A stretch of 60,267 nt of DNA, taken from the NCBI GenBank assembly GCA_002189035.1, contig NEEC01000179.1, forward strand, positions 1 through 60,267, written 5' to 3'. Under the pieces are notes generated by a model. It was not told the origin of the DNA, did not search any database, and was given only the letters and a program-made list of their open reading frames with translations. Of the stretch, positions 23,720-38,121 are shown piece after piece (the stretch's first letter is position 1; every line of letters begins with the position of its first letter). The translations under genes were made by a program, and so were the position numbers. This DNA is from Utricularia gibba. Its lineage: Eukaryota > Plantae > Magnoliophyta.

Positions 23720-25756
23720 CATGTGGGGTGCACGTGATATCGCAATTTAAACAAATGCAACATTGTATTCATCGATTTGCATCCTTTTGTCCTCATGAGC
23801 CATAAAGAATCGCGGGCCCGGACCAAGTTCCTAGCGAGACTGGCCGCCACAAAACGAGAAGCTGTTCCTTGAAAAACCATGTAGGCAACACCGAAAACCG
23901 AACGTTAATAAATACATCACTTTCTTTGCCGGGCTACAACTTACTTTGGCCAAGGCCTAAGCTGATTTTTCCGGTTCCAAGTGCCCCCAAGACCGCCTCT
24001 CATGTATAAAGTATGTTGTTAAAAAAATCATGTGGGGTGCACGTGACATCGTAATTTAAACAAATGCATCATTTTTTAATCGATTTGCATCCAGTTGACC
24101 TCATGAGCCATACAGAATCGGGGTCAAGGACCAAGTTCCCAGCGAGACTGGCCGCCACAAAACGAGAAGCGGTTCCTTGAAAAACCATGTAGGCAGCCCC
24201 GAAAACCGAACGATAATAAATACATCACTTTATTTGCCGGACTACAACTAACTTCGGCAAGCCAAACCTTACCTTTGTCCGTTCCAGTGCACCCAAAGAC
24301 CGCCTGCTCAAGTATAAAGTAAGTTGTTGAAAAAATCATGTGGGGTGCACGTGATATCGCAATTTAAACAAATGCAACATTGTATTCATCGATTTGCATC
24401 CTTTTGTCCTCATGAGCCATAAAGAATCGCGGGCCCGGACCAAGTTCCTAGCGAGACTGGCCGCCACAAAACGAGAAGCTGTTCCTTGAAAAACCATGTA
24501 GGCAACACCGAAAACCGAACGTTAATAAATACATCACTTTCTTTGCCGGGCTACAACTTACTTTGGGCCAAGGCCTAAGCTGATCTTTTTCCGGTTCCAA
24601 GTGCCCCCAAGACCGCCTCCTCATGTATAAAGTATGTTGTTAAAAAAATCATGTGGGGTGCACGTGACATCGTAATTTAAACAAATGCATCATTTTTTTT
24701 AATCGATTTGCATCCAGTTGACCTCATGAGCCATACAGAATCGGGGTCAAGGACCAAGTTCCCAGCGAGACTGGCCGCCACAAAACGAGAAGCGGTTCCT
24801 TGAAAAACCATGTAGGCAGCCCCGAAAACCGAACGATAATAAATACATCACTTTATTTGCCGGACTACAACTAACTCTCGTGCAAGCCAAACCTTACCTT
24901 TGTCCCGTTCCAGGTGCACCAAAGACCGCCTGCTCAAGTATAAAGTAAGTTGTTGAAAAAATCATGTGGGGTGCACGTGATATCGCAATTTAAACAAATG
25001 CAACATTGTATTCATCGATTTGCATCCTTTTGTCCTCATGAGCCATAAAGAATCGCGGGCCCGGACCAAGTTCCTAGCGAGACTGGCCGCCACAAAACGA
25101 GAAGCTGTTCCTTGAAAAACATGTAGGCAACACGAAAACCGAACGTTAATAAATACATCACTTTCTTTGCCGGGCTACAACTTACTTTGGGCCAAGGCCT
25201 AAGCTGATCTTTTTCCGGTTCCAAGTGCCCCCAAGACCGCCTCCTCATGTATAAAGTATGTTGTTAAAAAAATCATGTGGGGTGCACGTGACATCGTAAT
25301 TTAAACAAATGCATCATTTTTTTTAATCGATTTGCATCCAGTTGACCTCATGAGCCATACAGAATCGGGGTCAAGGACCAAGTTCCCAGCGAGACTGGCC
25401 GCCACAAAACGAGAAGCGGTTCCTTGAAAAACCATGTAGGCAGCCCCGAAAACCGAACGATAATAAATACATCACTTTATTTGCCGGACTACAACTACTC
25501 TCGGGCAAGCCAAACCTTACCTTTGTCCCGTTCCAGGTGCACCCAAAGACCGCCTGCTCAAGTATAAAGTAAGTTGTTGAAAAAATCATGTGGGGTGCAC
25601 GTGATATCGCAATTTAAACAAATGCAACATTGTATTCATCGATTTGCATCCTTTTGTCCTCATGAGCCATAAAGAATCGCGGGCCCGGACCAAGTTCCTA
25701 GCGAGACTGGCCGCCACAAAACGAGAAGCTGTTCCTTGAAAAACCATGTAGGCAAC
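23720..25756 (+). repeat. Clean B-A alternating block
   Basis: Starts 23720 B, 24029 A, 24337 B, 24650 A, 24963 B, 25274 A, 25587 B, after which the sequence becomes scrambled. Confidence 0.88.
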
Positions 25757-26390
25757 CGAAAGAACCCGAAAAGTATACAAGTCACTTGTCTTTGCCGGGC
25801 TACAACTTACTTTGGGCCAAGGCCTAAGCTGATCTTTTTCCGGTTCCAATATCACACCAAAGCAACGATATATTCATGTATTTTGCAGTTTTTGTGTGGC
25901 CTCATGCACGCATAAAGAATATCGCAATGCAACAAATTGTATTCATCGATTTGCATCCTTTTGTCCTCATGAGCCATAAAGAATCGCGGGCCCGGACCAA
26001 GTTCCGAGACTGGCCGCCACAAAACGAGAAGCTGTTCCTTGAAAAACCATGTAGGCAACACCGAAAACCGAACGTTAATAAATACATCACTTTCTTTGCC
26101 GGGCTACAACTTACTTTGGGCCAAGGCCTAACGAGAATCTGTTTTCCCATCCAGTTGCCTCCGACGAAAACCTGTGTATAATGTATGCCGTAGGCAAAAA
26201 ACATGGGGGTGCACGTGACTTTGGGATTAAAGGCATCATTTTCTTTTTCGATTACTTTGGCATAAGCCAAGTTGACCTCAGAGGTTCCAAATCATGTGGG
26301 TCCAGTATGTATTTAAAAAACGAAATCGATTTGCATCAAAAGTTGACCTCATGAGCCATACAGAATCGGGGACCGAAGAACCGAACGGTT
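25757..26390 (+). other. Scrambled satellite-derived segment, probably an assembly or consensus artefact
   Basis: Out-of-register fragments of the monomer are interleaved (e.g. taggcaaaaaacatgggggtgcacgtgactttggg, ccaagttgacctcagaggttccaaatcatgtggg). I recognise no foreign sequence. Confidence 0.7.
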
Positions 26391-29300
26391 CCCATAATAA
26401 ATACATCACTTTATTTGCCGGACTACAACTAACTCTTGCAAGCCAAACCTTACCTTTGTCCGTTCCAGTGCACCCAAAGACCGCCTGCTCAAGTATAAAG
26501 TAAGTTGTTGAAAAAATCATGTGGGTGCACGTGATATCGCAATTTAAACAAATGCAACATTGTATTCATCGATTTGCATCCTTTTGTCCTCATGAGCCAT
26601 AAAGAATCGGGGACCAAGTTCCTAGCGACTGGCCGCCACAAAACGAGAAGCTGTTCCTTGAAAAACCATGTAGGCAACACCGAAAACCGAACGTTAATAA
26701 ATACATCACTTTCTTTGCCGGGCTACAACTTACTTTGGCCAAGGCCTAAGCTGATCTTTTTCCGGTTCCAAGTGCCCAAGACCGCCTCTCAAGTATAAAG
26801 TAATTGTTGAAAAAATCATGTGGGGTGCACGTGATATCGCAATTTAAACAAATGCAACATTGCATCGATTTGCATCCTTTTGTCCTCATGAGCCATAAAG
26901 AATCGGGGGGACCAAGTTCCTAGCGAGACTGGCCGCCACAAAACGAGAAGCTTTCCTTGAAAAACCATGTAGGCAACCCGAAAACCGAACGTTAATAAAT
27001 ACATCACTTTCTTTGCCGGGCTACAACTTACTTTGGGCAAGCCTAAGCTGACTTTTTCCGGTTCCAAGTGCACCCAAAGACCGCCTCTCAAGTATAAAGT
27101 AAGTTGTTGAAAAAATCATGTGGGTGCACGTGATATCGCAATTTAAACAAATGCAACATTGTATTCATCGATTTGCATCCTTTTGTCCTCATGAGCCATA
27201 AAGAATCGGGCCCGGACCAAGTTCCTAGCGAGACTGGCCGCCACAAAACGAGAAGCTGTTCCTTGAAAAACCATGTAGGCAACACCGAAAACCGAACGTT
27301 AATAAATACATCACTTTCTTTGCCGGGCTACAACTTACTTTGGCCAAGGCCTAAGCTGATCTTTTTCCGGTTCCAAGTGCCCCAAAGACCGCCTTCTCAA
27401 GTATAAAGTAGTTGAAAAAATCATGTGGGTGCACGTGACATATAATTTAAACAAATGCATCATTTTTTTTAATCGATTTGCATCCAGTTGACCTCATGAG
27501 CCATACAGAATCGGGTCAAGGACCAAGTTCCCAGCGAGACTGGCCGCCACAAAACGAGAAGCGGTTCCTTGAAAAACCATGTAGGCACCCCGAAAACCGA
27601 ACGATAATAAATACATCACTTTATTTGCCGGACTACAACTAACTCTGCAAGCCAAACCTTACCTTTGTCCCGTTCCAGTGCACCCAAGACCGCCTGCTCA
27701 AGTATAAAGTAAGTTGTTGAAAAAATCATGTGGGTGCACGTGATATCGCAATTTAAACAAATGCAACATTGTATTCATCGATTTGCATCCTTTTGTCCTC
27801 ATGAGCCATAAAGAATCGCGGGCCCGACCAAGTTCCTAGCGAGACTGGCCGCCACAAAACGAGAAGCTGTTCCTTGAAAAACCATGTAGGCAACACGAAA
27901 ACCGAACGTTAATAAATACATCACTTTCTTTGCCGGCTACAACTTACTTTGGGCCAAGGCCTAAGCTGATCTTTTTCCGGTTCCAGTGCCCCCCAAGACC
28001 GCCTCCTCATGTATAAAGTATGTTGTTAAAAAATCATGTGGGTGCACGTGACATCGTAATTTAAACAAATGCATCATTTTTTTTAATCGATTTGCATCCA
28101 GTTGACCTCATGAGCCATACAGAATCGGGGTCAAGGACCAAGTTCCCAGCGAGACTGGCCGCCACAAAACGAGAAGCGGTTCCTTGAAAAACCATGTAGG
28201 CAGCCCCGAAAACCGAACGATAATAAATACATCACTTTATTTGCCGGACTACAACTAACTCTCGCCCCAAGTGCACCCAAAGACCGCCTCCTCATGTATA
28301 TAAGCACATTGTATTCATCGATTTGCATCCTTTTGTCCTCATGAGCCATAAAGAATCGCGGGCCTGGGGACTGCAAGTTCGTAATTTAAAGACTGGCCAA
28401 TGCATCAAAACAATCGCTTTGCATTCCTTGTTGTCCTCATGAGCCATAAGAATCGGGGCCCGGACCAAGTTCCTAGCGAGACTGGCCGCCACAAAACGAG
28501 AAGCGTTCCTTGAAAAACCATGTAGGCAACCCCGAAAACCGAACGTTAATAAATACATCACTTTCTTTGCCGGGCTACAACTTACTTTGGGCCAAGCCAA
28601 GCCTTTTTCCGTTCCAAGTGCACCCAAGACCGCCTCTCAAGTATAAAGTAAGTTGTTGAAAAAATCATGTGGGGTGCACGTGATATCGCAATTTAAACAA
28701 ATGCAACATTGTATTCATCGATTTGCATCCTTTTCCTCATGAGCCATAAAGAATCGGGCCCGGACCAAGTTCCAGCGAGACTGGCCGCCACAAAACGAGA
28801 AGCTGTTCCTTGAAAAACCATGTAGGCAACACCGAAAACCGAACGTTAATAAATACATCACTTTCTTTGCCGGGCTACAACTACTTTGGGCAAGCCTAAG
28901 CTGACCTTTTTCCGTTCCAAGTGCCCCAAAGACCGCCTCTCAAGTATAAAGTAAGTTGTTGAAAAAATCATGTGGGGTGCACGTGATATCGCAATTTAAA
29001 CAAATGCAATTTTTATTCATCGATTTGCATCCTTTTGTCCTCATGAGCCATAAAGAATCGGGCCGACCAAGTTCCTAGCGAGACTGGCCGCCACAAAACG
29101 AGAAGCTGTTCCTTGAAAAACCATGTAGGCAACCCGAAAACCGAACGTTAATAAATACATCACTTTCTTTGCCGGGCTACAACTTACTTTGGCCAAGCCT
29201 AAGCTGACTTTTTCCGTTCCAAGTGCCCCAAGACCGCCTCTCAAGTATAAAGTAAGTTGTTGAAAAAATCATGTGGGGTGCACGTGATATCGCAATTTAA

Positions 29301-30809
29301 ACAAATGCAACATTGTATTCATCGATTTGCATCCTTTTGTCCTCATGAGCCATAAAGAATCGCGGGCCCGGACCAAGTTCCTAGCGAGACTGGCCGCCAC
29401 AAAACGAGAAGCTGTTCCTTGAAAAACCATGTAGGCAACACCGAAAACCGAACGTTAATAAATACATCACTTTCTTTGCCGGGCTACAACTTACTTTGGG
29501 CCAAGGCCTAAGCTGATCTTTTTCCGGTTCCAAGTGCCCCCAAAGACCGCCTCCTCAAGTATAAAGTAAAAAAAATCATGTGGGTGCGTGAATAATTTAA
29601 ACAAATGCATCATAATCGATTTGCATCCATACCTCATGAGCCATGAATCACCAAGTGCGAGACTGGCCGCCACAAAACGAGAAGCTTCCTTGAAAAACCA
29701 TGTAGGCATAATAAATACATCACTTACTACAACTGGCCAAGTTCCATGCACCCAAGACCGCCTCTCAAGTATAAAGTAAGTTGTTGAAAAAATCATGTGG
29801 GGTGCACGTGATATCGCAATTTAAACAAATGCAACATTGTATTCATCGATTTGCATCCTTTTGTCCTCATGAGCCATAAAGAATCCCCGGACCAAGTTCC
29901 TAGCGAGACTGGCCGCCACAAAACGAGAAGCTGTTCCTTGAAAAACCATGTAGGCAACACCGAAAACCGAACGTTAATAAATACATCACTTTCTTTGCCG
30001 GCTACAACTTACTTTGGGCCAAGGCCTAAGCTGATCTTTTTCCGGTTCCAAGTGCCCCAAGACCGCCTCTCATGTATAAAGTATGTTGTTAAAAAAATCA
30101 TGTGGGTGCACGTGACATCGTAATTTAAACAAATGCATCATTTTTTTTAATCGATTTGCATCCAGTTGACCTCATGAGCCATACAGAATCGGGGTCAAGG
30201 ACCAAGTTCCCAGCGAGACTGGCCGCCACAAACGAGAAGCGGTTCCTTGAAAACCATGTAGGCAGCCCCCGAAAACCGAACGATAATAAATACATCACTT
30301 TATTTGCCGGACTACAACTAACTCTCGGTGCAAGCCAAACCTTACCTTTGTCCCGTTCCAGGTGCACCCAAAGACCGCCTGCTCAAGTATAAAGTAAGTT
30401 GTTGAAAAAATCATGTGGGGTGCACGTGATATCGCAATTTAAACAAATGCAACATTGTATTCATCGATTTGCATCCTTTTGTCCTCATGAGCCATAAAGA
30501 ATCGCGGGCCCGGACCAAGTTCCTAGCGAGACTGGCCGCCACAAAACGAGAAGCTGTTCCTTGAAAAACCATGTAGGCAACACCGAAAACCGAACGTTAA
30601 TAAATACATCACTTTCTTTGCCGGGCTACAACTTACTTTGGCCAAGCCTAAGCTGATCTTTTTCCGGTTCCAAGTGCCCCCAAAGACCGCCTTCTCAAGT
30701 ATAAAGTAAGTTGTTGAAAAAATCATGTGGGTGCACGTGATATCGCAATTTAAACAAATGCAACATTTATTCATCGATTTGCATCCTTTGTCCTCATGAG
30801 CCATAAAGA

Positions 30810-31500
30810 ATAAAGTTGTTGTTCCTTGAAAAACCATGTAGGCAACACCGAAAAGCGAACCCGCCACAACGTCATCACTTTCTTTGTGGGGTGCATCTTT
30901 TTCCGGTTCCAAGTGCACCCAAGACCGCCTTCTCAAGACACAACATTGACGTAATTTAAACAACGTGATATCGCAATTTAAACAAATGCAACATTGTATT
31001 CATCGATTTGCATCCTTTTTGATTAAAGAATGCGGGCCCGGACCAAGTTCCAGTTGACCTGTAGGCATTAATAAATACATCACTTTCTTTGAGCCATACA
31101 TCTTTTTCCGGTTCCAAGTGCGGGGTCAAGGACCAAGCAAAAACATGTCATCCATCCTTTTGCGAGCCACTTCCTAGCGCCGCCACAAAACGAGAAGCTG
31201 GAAAAACCATGTAGGCAACTTAATAAATACATCACTTTCTTTGCCGGGCTACAACTTACTTTGGGCCAAGGCCTAAGCTGATCTTTTTCCGGTTCCAAGT
31301 GCCCCCCGCCTTCTCAGTAAGTTGTTAAAAAATCATGTGGGGTGCACGTGACCGTTTAAACAAATGCATCATCGAGATGAAACCGAATGCGATAATGCAT
31401 CAAATCGATTTGCATCCACCTCATTATTTGCCGGCCGCCACAAAACGAGAAGCGGTACCAAGGCTAACATTCGGACAAGCCCAAACCTTACCTTTTCCGT
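30810..31500 (+). other. Scrambled satellite-derived segment, probably an assembly or consensus artefact
   Basis: Short pieces from different monomer positions and from both classes are joined out of order, all on the + strand. Confidence 0.7.
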
Positions 31501-34500
31501 TCCAGGTGCACCCAAAGACCGCCTCTCAAGTATAAAGTAAGTTGTTGAAAAAATCATGTGGGGTGCACGTGATATCGCAATTTAAACAAATGCAATTGTA
31601 TATTCATCGATTTGCATCCTTCTTGTGTTCCTCATGAGCAACATTAAAGACATCGCGGGCCCGGACACCCAAGTTCCTAGCGAGACTGGCCGCCACAAAA
31701 CGAGAAGCTGTTCCTTGAAAAACCATGTAGGCAACACCGAAAACCGAACGTTAATAAATACATCACTTTCTTTGCCGGGCTACAACTTACTTTGGGCCAA
31801 GGCCTAAGCTGACCTTTTTCCGGTTCCAAGTGCCCCCAAGACCGCCTCCTCATGTATAAAGTATGTTGTTGAAAAAATCATGTGGGGTGCACGTGACATC
31901 GTAATTTAAACAAATGCATCATTTTTTTTAATCGATTTGCATCCAGTTGACCTCATGAGCCATACAGAATCGGGGTCAAGGACCAAGTTCCCAGCGAGAC
32001 TGGCCGCCACAAAACGAGAAGCGGTTCCTTGAAAAACCATGTAGGCAGCCCCCGAAAACCGAACGATAATAAATACATCACTTTATTTGCCGGACTACAA
32101 CTAACTCTCGTGCAAGCCAAACCTTACCTTTGTCCCGTTCCAGGTGCACCCAAAGACCGCCTGCTCAAGTATAAAGTAAGTTGTTGAAAAAATCATGTGG
32201 GGTGCACGTGATATCGCAATTTAAACAAATGCAACATTGTATTCATCGATTTGCATCCTTTTGTCCTCATGAGCCATAAAGAATCGCGGGCCCGGACCAA
32301 GTTCCTAGCGAGACTGGCCGCCACAAAACGAGAAGCTGTTCCTTGAAAAACCATGTAGGCAACACCGAAAACCGAACGTTAATAAATACATCACTTTCTT
32401 TGCCGGGCTACAACTTACTTTGGGCCAAGGCCTAAGCTGATCTTTTTCCGGTTCCAAGTGCACCCAAGACCGCCTTCTCAATGTATAAAGTAAGTTGTTG
32501 AAAAAATCATGTGGGGTGCACGTGACATCTCAAGTATAAAGTAAGTTGTTGAAAAAATCATGTGGGGTGCACGTGATATCGCAATTTAAACAAATGCAAC
32601 ATTTTTCATCGATTTGCATCCAGTTGTCCTCATGAGCCATAAAGAATCGGGGCCCGGACCAAGTTCCAGCGAGACTGGCCGCCACAAAACGAGAAGCTGT
32701 TCCTTGAAAAACCATGTAGGCACCCCCGAAAACCGAACGATAATAAATACATCACTTTATTTGCCGGGCTACAACTTACTTTGGGCCAAGCCTAAGCTGA
32801 TCTTTTTCCGTTCCAAGTGCACCCAAAGACCGCCTTCTCAAGTATAAAGTAAGTTGTTTGAAAAAATCATGTGGGTGCACGTGATATCGCAATTTAAACA
32901 AATGCAACATTGTATTCATCGATTTGCATCCTTTTGTCCTCATGAGCCATAAAGAATCGCGGGGCCCGGACCAAGTTCCTAGCGAGACTGGCCGCCACAA
33001 AACGAGAAGCTGTTCCTTGAAAAACCATGTAGGCAACACCGAAAACCGAACGTTAATAAATACATCACTTTCTTTGCCGGGCTACAACTTACTTTGGGCC
33101 AAGGCCTAAGCTGACTTTTTCCGGTTCAAGTGCACCCAAAGACCGCCTCTCAAGTATAAAGTAAGTTGTTGAAAAAATCATGTGGGGTGCACGTGATATC
33201 GCAATTTAAACAAATGCATCATTGTATTCATCGATTTGCATCCTTTTGTCCTCATGAGCCATAAAGAATCGGGGCCCGGACCAAGTTCCTAGCGAGACTG
33301 GCCGCCAAAAACGAGAAGCGTTCCTTGAAAAACCATGTAGGCAACCCGAAAACCGAACGTTAATAAATACATCACTTTCTTTGCCGGGCTACAACTTACT
33401 TTGGCCAAGGCCTAAGCTGATCTTTTTCCGGTTCCAAGTGCACCCAAAGACCGCCTCTCAAGTATAAAGTAAGTTGTTGAAAAAATCATGTGGGGTGCAC
33501 GTGATATCGCAATTTAAACAAATGCAACATTGTATTCATCGATTTGCATCCTTTTTGTCCTCATGAGCCATAAGAATCGGGGCCCGGACCAAGTTCCTAG
33601 CGAGACTGGCCGCACAAAACGAGAAGCTGTTCCTTGAAAAACCATGTAGGCAACACCGAAAACCGAACGTTAATAAATACATCACTTTCTTTGCCGGGCT
33701 ACAACTTACTTTGGGCCAAGGCCTAAGCTGATCTTTTTCCGGTTCCAAGTGCCCCCAAGACCGCCTCCTCATGTATAAAGTAAGTTGTTAAAAAATCATG
33801 TGGGGTGCACGTGACATCGTAATTTAAACAAATGTCATTTTTTTTAATCGATTTGCATCCAGTTGACCTCATGAGCCATACAGAATCGGGGTCAAGGACC
33901 AAGTTCCCAGCGAGACTGGCCGCCACAAAACGAGAAGCGGTTCCTTGAAAAACCATGTAGGCAGCCCCCGAAAACCGAACGATAATAAATACATCACTTT
34001 ATTTGCCGGACTACAACTAACTCTCGGCAAGCCAAACTTACCTTTTCCCGTTCCAGGTGCACCCAAAGACCGCCTCCAAGTATAAAGTAAGTTGTTGAAA
34101 AAATCATGTGGGGTGCACGTGATATCGCAATTTAAACAAATGCAACATTGTATTCATCGATTTGCATCCTTTTGTCCTCATGAGCCATAAAGAATCGCGG
34201 GCCCGGACCAAGTTCCTAGCGAGACTGGCCGCCACAAAACGAGAAGCTGTTCCTTGAAAAACCATGTAGGCAACACCGAAAACCGAACGTTAATAAATAC
34301 ATCACTTTCTTTGCCGGGCTACAACTTACTTTGGGCCAAGGCCTAAGCTGACTTTTTCCGGTTCCAGTGCCCCCAAGACCGCCTCTCAAGTATAAAGTAA
34401 GTTGTTAAAAAATCATGTGGGGTGCACGTGACATCGTAATTTAAACAAATGCATCATTTTTTTTAATCGATTTGCATCCAGTTGACCTCATGAGCCATAC

Positions 34501-34723
34501 AGAATCGGGGTCAAGGACCAAGTTCCCAGCGAGACTGGCCGCCACAAAACGAGAAGCGGTTCCTTGAAAAACCATGTAGGCAGCCCCGAAAACCGAACGA
34601 TAATAAATACATCACTTTATTTGCCGGACTACAACTAACTCTCGGCAAGCCAAACCTTACTTTGTCCCGTTCCAGGTGCACCCAAAGACCGCCTCTCAAG
34701 TATAAAGTAAGTTGTTGAAAAAT

Positions 34724-36578
34724 CATGTGGGGTGCACGTGATATCGCAATTTAAACAAATGCAACATTGTATTCATCGATTTGCATCCTTTTGTCCTCAT
34801 GAGCCATAAGAATCGCGGGCCCGGACCAAGTTCCTAGCGAGACTGGCCGCCACAAAACGAGAAGCTGTTCCTTGAAAAACCATGTAGGCAACACCGAAAA
34901 CCGAACGTTAATAAATACATCACTTTTTTGCCGGGCTACAACTTACTTTGGGCCAAGGCCTAAGCTGATCTTTTTCCGGTTCCAAGTGCCCAAAGACCGC
35001 CTCTCAAGTATAAAGTAAGTTGTTGAAAAAATCATGTGGGGTGCACGTGATATAATTTAAACAAATGCATCATTGTTTTCATCGATTTGCATCCTTTTGA
35101 CCTCATGAGCCATACAGAATCGGGGCAAGGACCAAGTTCCCAGCGAGACTGGCCGCCACAAAACGAGAAGCTGTTCCTTGAAAAACCATGTAGGCAACCC
35201 CCGAAAACCGAACGTTAATAAATACATCACTTTCTTTGCCGGGCTACAACTTACTTTGGGCCAAGGCCTAAGCTGATCTTTTTCCGGTTCCAAGTGCACC
35301 CAAAGACCGCCTCTCAAGTATAAAGTAAGTTGTTGAAAAAATCATGTGGGGTGCACGTGATATCGTAATTTAAACAAATGCATCATTGTATTCATCGATT
35401 TGCATCCTTTGTCCTCATGAGCCATAAAGAATCGGGGCCCGGACCAAGTTCCTAGCGAGACTGGCCGCCACAAAACGAGAAGCTGTTCCTTGAAAAACCA
35501 TGTAGGCAACCGAAAACCGAACGTTAATAAATACATCACTTTCTTTGCCGGGCTACAACTTACTTTGGCCAAGGCCTAAGCTGACCTTTTTTCCGGTTCC
35601 AAGTGCCCCAAAGACCGCCTCTCAAGTATAAAGTAAGTTGTTGAAAAAATGTGGGGTGCACGTGATATCGCAATTTAAACAAATGCATCATTGTTTTCAT
35701 CGATTTGCATCCTTTGACCTCATGAGCCATAAAGAATCGGGGCCCGGACCAAGTTCCTAGCGAGACTGGCCGCCACAAAACGAGAAGCGTTCCTTGAAAA
35801 ACCATGTAGGCAACCCGAAAACCGAACGTTAATAAATACATCACTTTCTTTGCCGGGCTACAACTTACTTTGGGCCAAGGCCTAAGCTGACTTTTTCCGG
35901 TTCCAAGTGCACCCAAAGACCGCCTCTCAAGTATAAAGTAAGTTGTTGAAAAAATCATGTGGGGTGCACGTGATATCGCAATTTAAACAAATGCAACATT
36001 GTATTCATCGATTTGCATCCTTTTGTCCTCATGAGCCATAAAGAATCGGGGCCCGGACCAAGTTCCTAGCGAGACTGGCCGCCACAAAACGAGAAGCTGT
36101 TCCTTGAAAAACCATGTAGGCAACCCGAAAACCGAACGTTAATAAATACATCACTTTCTTTGCCGGGCTACAACTTACTTTGGGCCAAGGCCTAAGCTGA
36201 CTTTTTCCGGTTCCAAGTGCCCCAAAGACCGCCTTCTCAAGTATAAAGTAAGTTGTTGAAAAAATCATGTGGGGTGCACGTGATATCGCAATTTAAACAA
36301 ATGCAACATTGTATTCATCGATTTGCATCCTTTTGTCCTCATGAGCCATAAAGAATCGCGGGCCCGGACCAAGTTCCTAGCGAGACTGGCCGCCACAAAA
36401 CGAGAAGCTGTTCCTTGAAAACCATGTAGGCAACACCGAAAACCGAACGTTAATAAATACATCACTTTCTTTGCCGGGCTACAACTTACTTTGGGCCAAG
36501 GCCTAAGCTGATCTTTTTCCGGTTCCAAGTGCCCCCCAAGACCGCCTCCTCATGTATAAAGTATGTTGTTAAAAAAAT
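34724..36578 (+). repeat. Run of six B or B-like monomers with no intact A
   Basis: Starts 34724, 35033 (hybrid), 35343, ~35650, 35956, 36266 all carry the B second half (aacgTtaat, gGctac, ccaaggcctaagctg). The next A starts at 36579. Confidence 0.75.
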
Positions 36579-38121
36579 CATGTGGGGTGCACGTGACATC
36601 GTAATTTAAACAAATGCATCATTTTTTTTAATCGATTTGCATCCAGTTGACCTCATGAGCCATACAGAATCGGGGTCAAGGACCAAGTTCCCAGCGAGAC
36701 TGGCCGCCACAAACGAGAAGCGGTTCCTTGAAAAACCATGTAGGCAGCCCCCGAAAACCGAACGATAATAAATACATCACTTTATTTGCCGGACTACAAC
36801 TAACTTCGGCAAGCCAAACCTTACTTTTTCCGTTCCAGGTGCACCCAAAGACCGCCTCTCAAGTATAAAGTAAGTTGTTGAAAAAATCATGTGGGGTGCA
36901 CGTGATATCGCAATTTAAACAAATGCAACATTGTATTCATCGATTTGCATCCTTTTGTCCTCATGAGCCATAAAGAATCGCGGGCCCGGACCAAGTTCCT
37001 AGCGAGACTGGCCGCCACAAACGAGAAGCTGTTCCTTGAAAAACCATGTAGGCAACACCGAAAACCGAACGTTAATAAATACATCACTTTCTTTGCCGGG
37101 CTACAACTTACTTTGGGCCAAGGCCTAAGCTGACCTTTTTCCGGTTCCAAGTGCCCCAAGACCGCCTCTCAAGTATAAAGTAAGTTGTTAAAAAAATCAT
37201 GTGGGGTGCACGTGACATCGTAATTTAAACAAATGCATCATTTTTTTTAATCGATTTGCATCCAGTTGACCTCATGAGCCATACAGAATCGGGGTCAAGG
37301 ACCAAGTTCCCAGCGAGACTGGCCGCCACAAAACGAGAAGCGTTCCTTGAAAAACCATGTAGGCAGCCCCGAAAACCGAACGATAATAAATACATCACTT
37401 TATTTGCCGGACTACAACTACTCTCGGGCAAGCCAAACCTTACCTTTGTCCGTTCCAGGTGCACCCAAAGACCGCCTGCTCAAGTATAAAGTAAGTTGTT
37501 GAAAAAATCATGTGGGGTGCACGTGATATCGCAATTTAAACAAATGCAACATTGTATTCATCGATTTGCATCCTTTTGTCCTCATGAGCCATAAAGAATC
37601 GCGGGCCCGGACCAAGTTCCTAGCGAGACTGGCCGCCACAAAACGAGAAGCTGTTCCTTGAAAAACCATGTAGGCAACACCGAAAACCGAACGTTAATAA
37701 ATACATCACTTTCTTTGCCGGGCTACAACTTACTTTGGGCCAAGGCCTAAGCTGATCTTTTTCCGGTTCCAAGTGCACCAAAGACCGCCTTCTCAAGTAT
37801 AAAGTAAGTTGTTGAAAAAAATCATGTGGGGTGCACGTGACATCAAATTTAAACAAATGCATCATTTTTTCATCGATTTGCATCCTTTTGACCTCATGAG
37901 CCATAAAGAATCGGGGGACCAAGTTCCAGCGAGACTGGCCGCCACAAAACGAGAAGCGGTTCCTTGAAAAACCATGTAGGCAGCCCCGAAAACCGAACGA
38001 TAATAAATACATCACTTTATTTGCCGGACTACAACTTCTTTGCAAGCCAAACCTTACCTTTGTCCGTTCCAGGTGCACCCAAAGACCGCCTCTCAAGTAT
38101 AAAGTAAGTTGTTGAAAAAAT

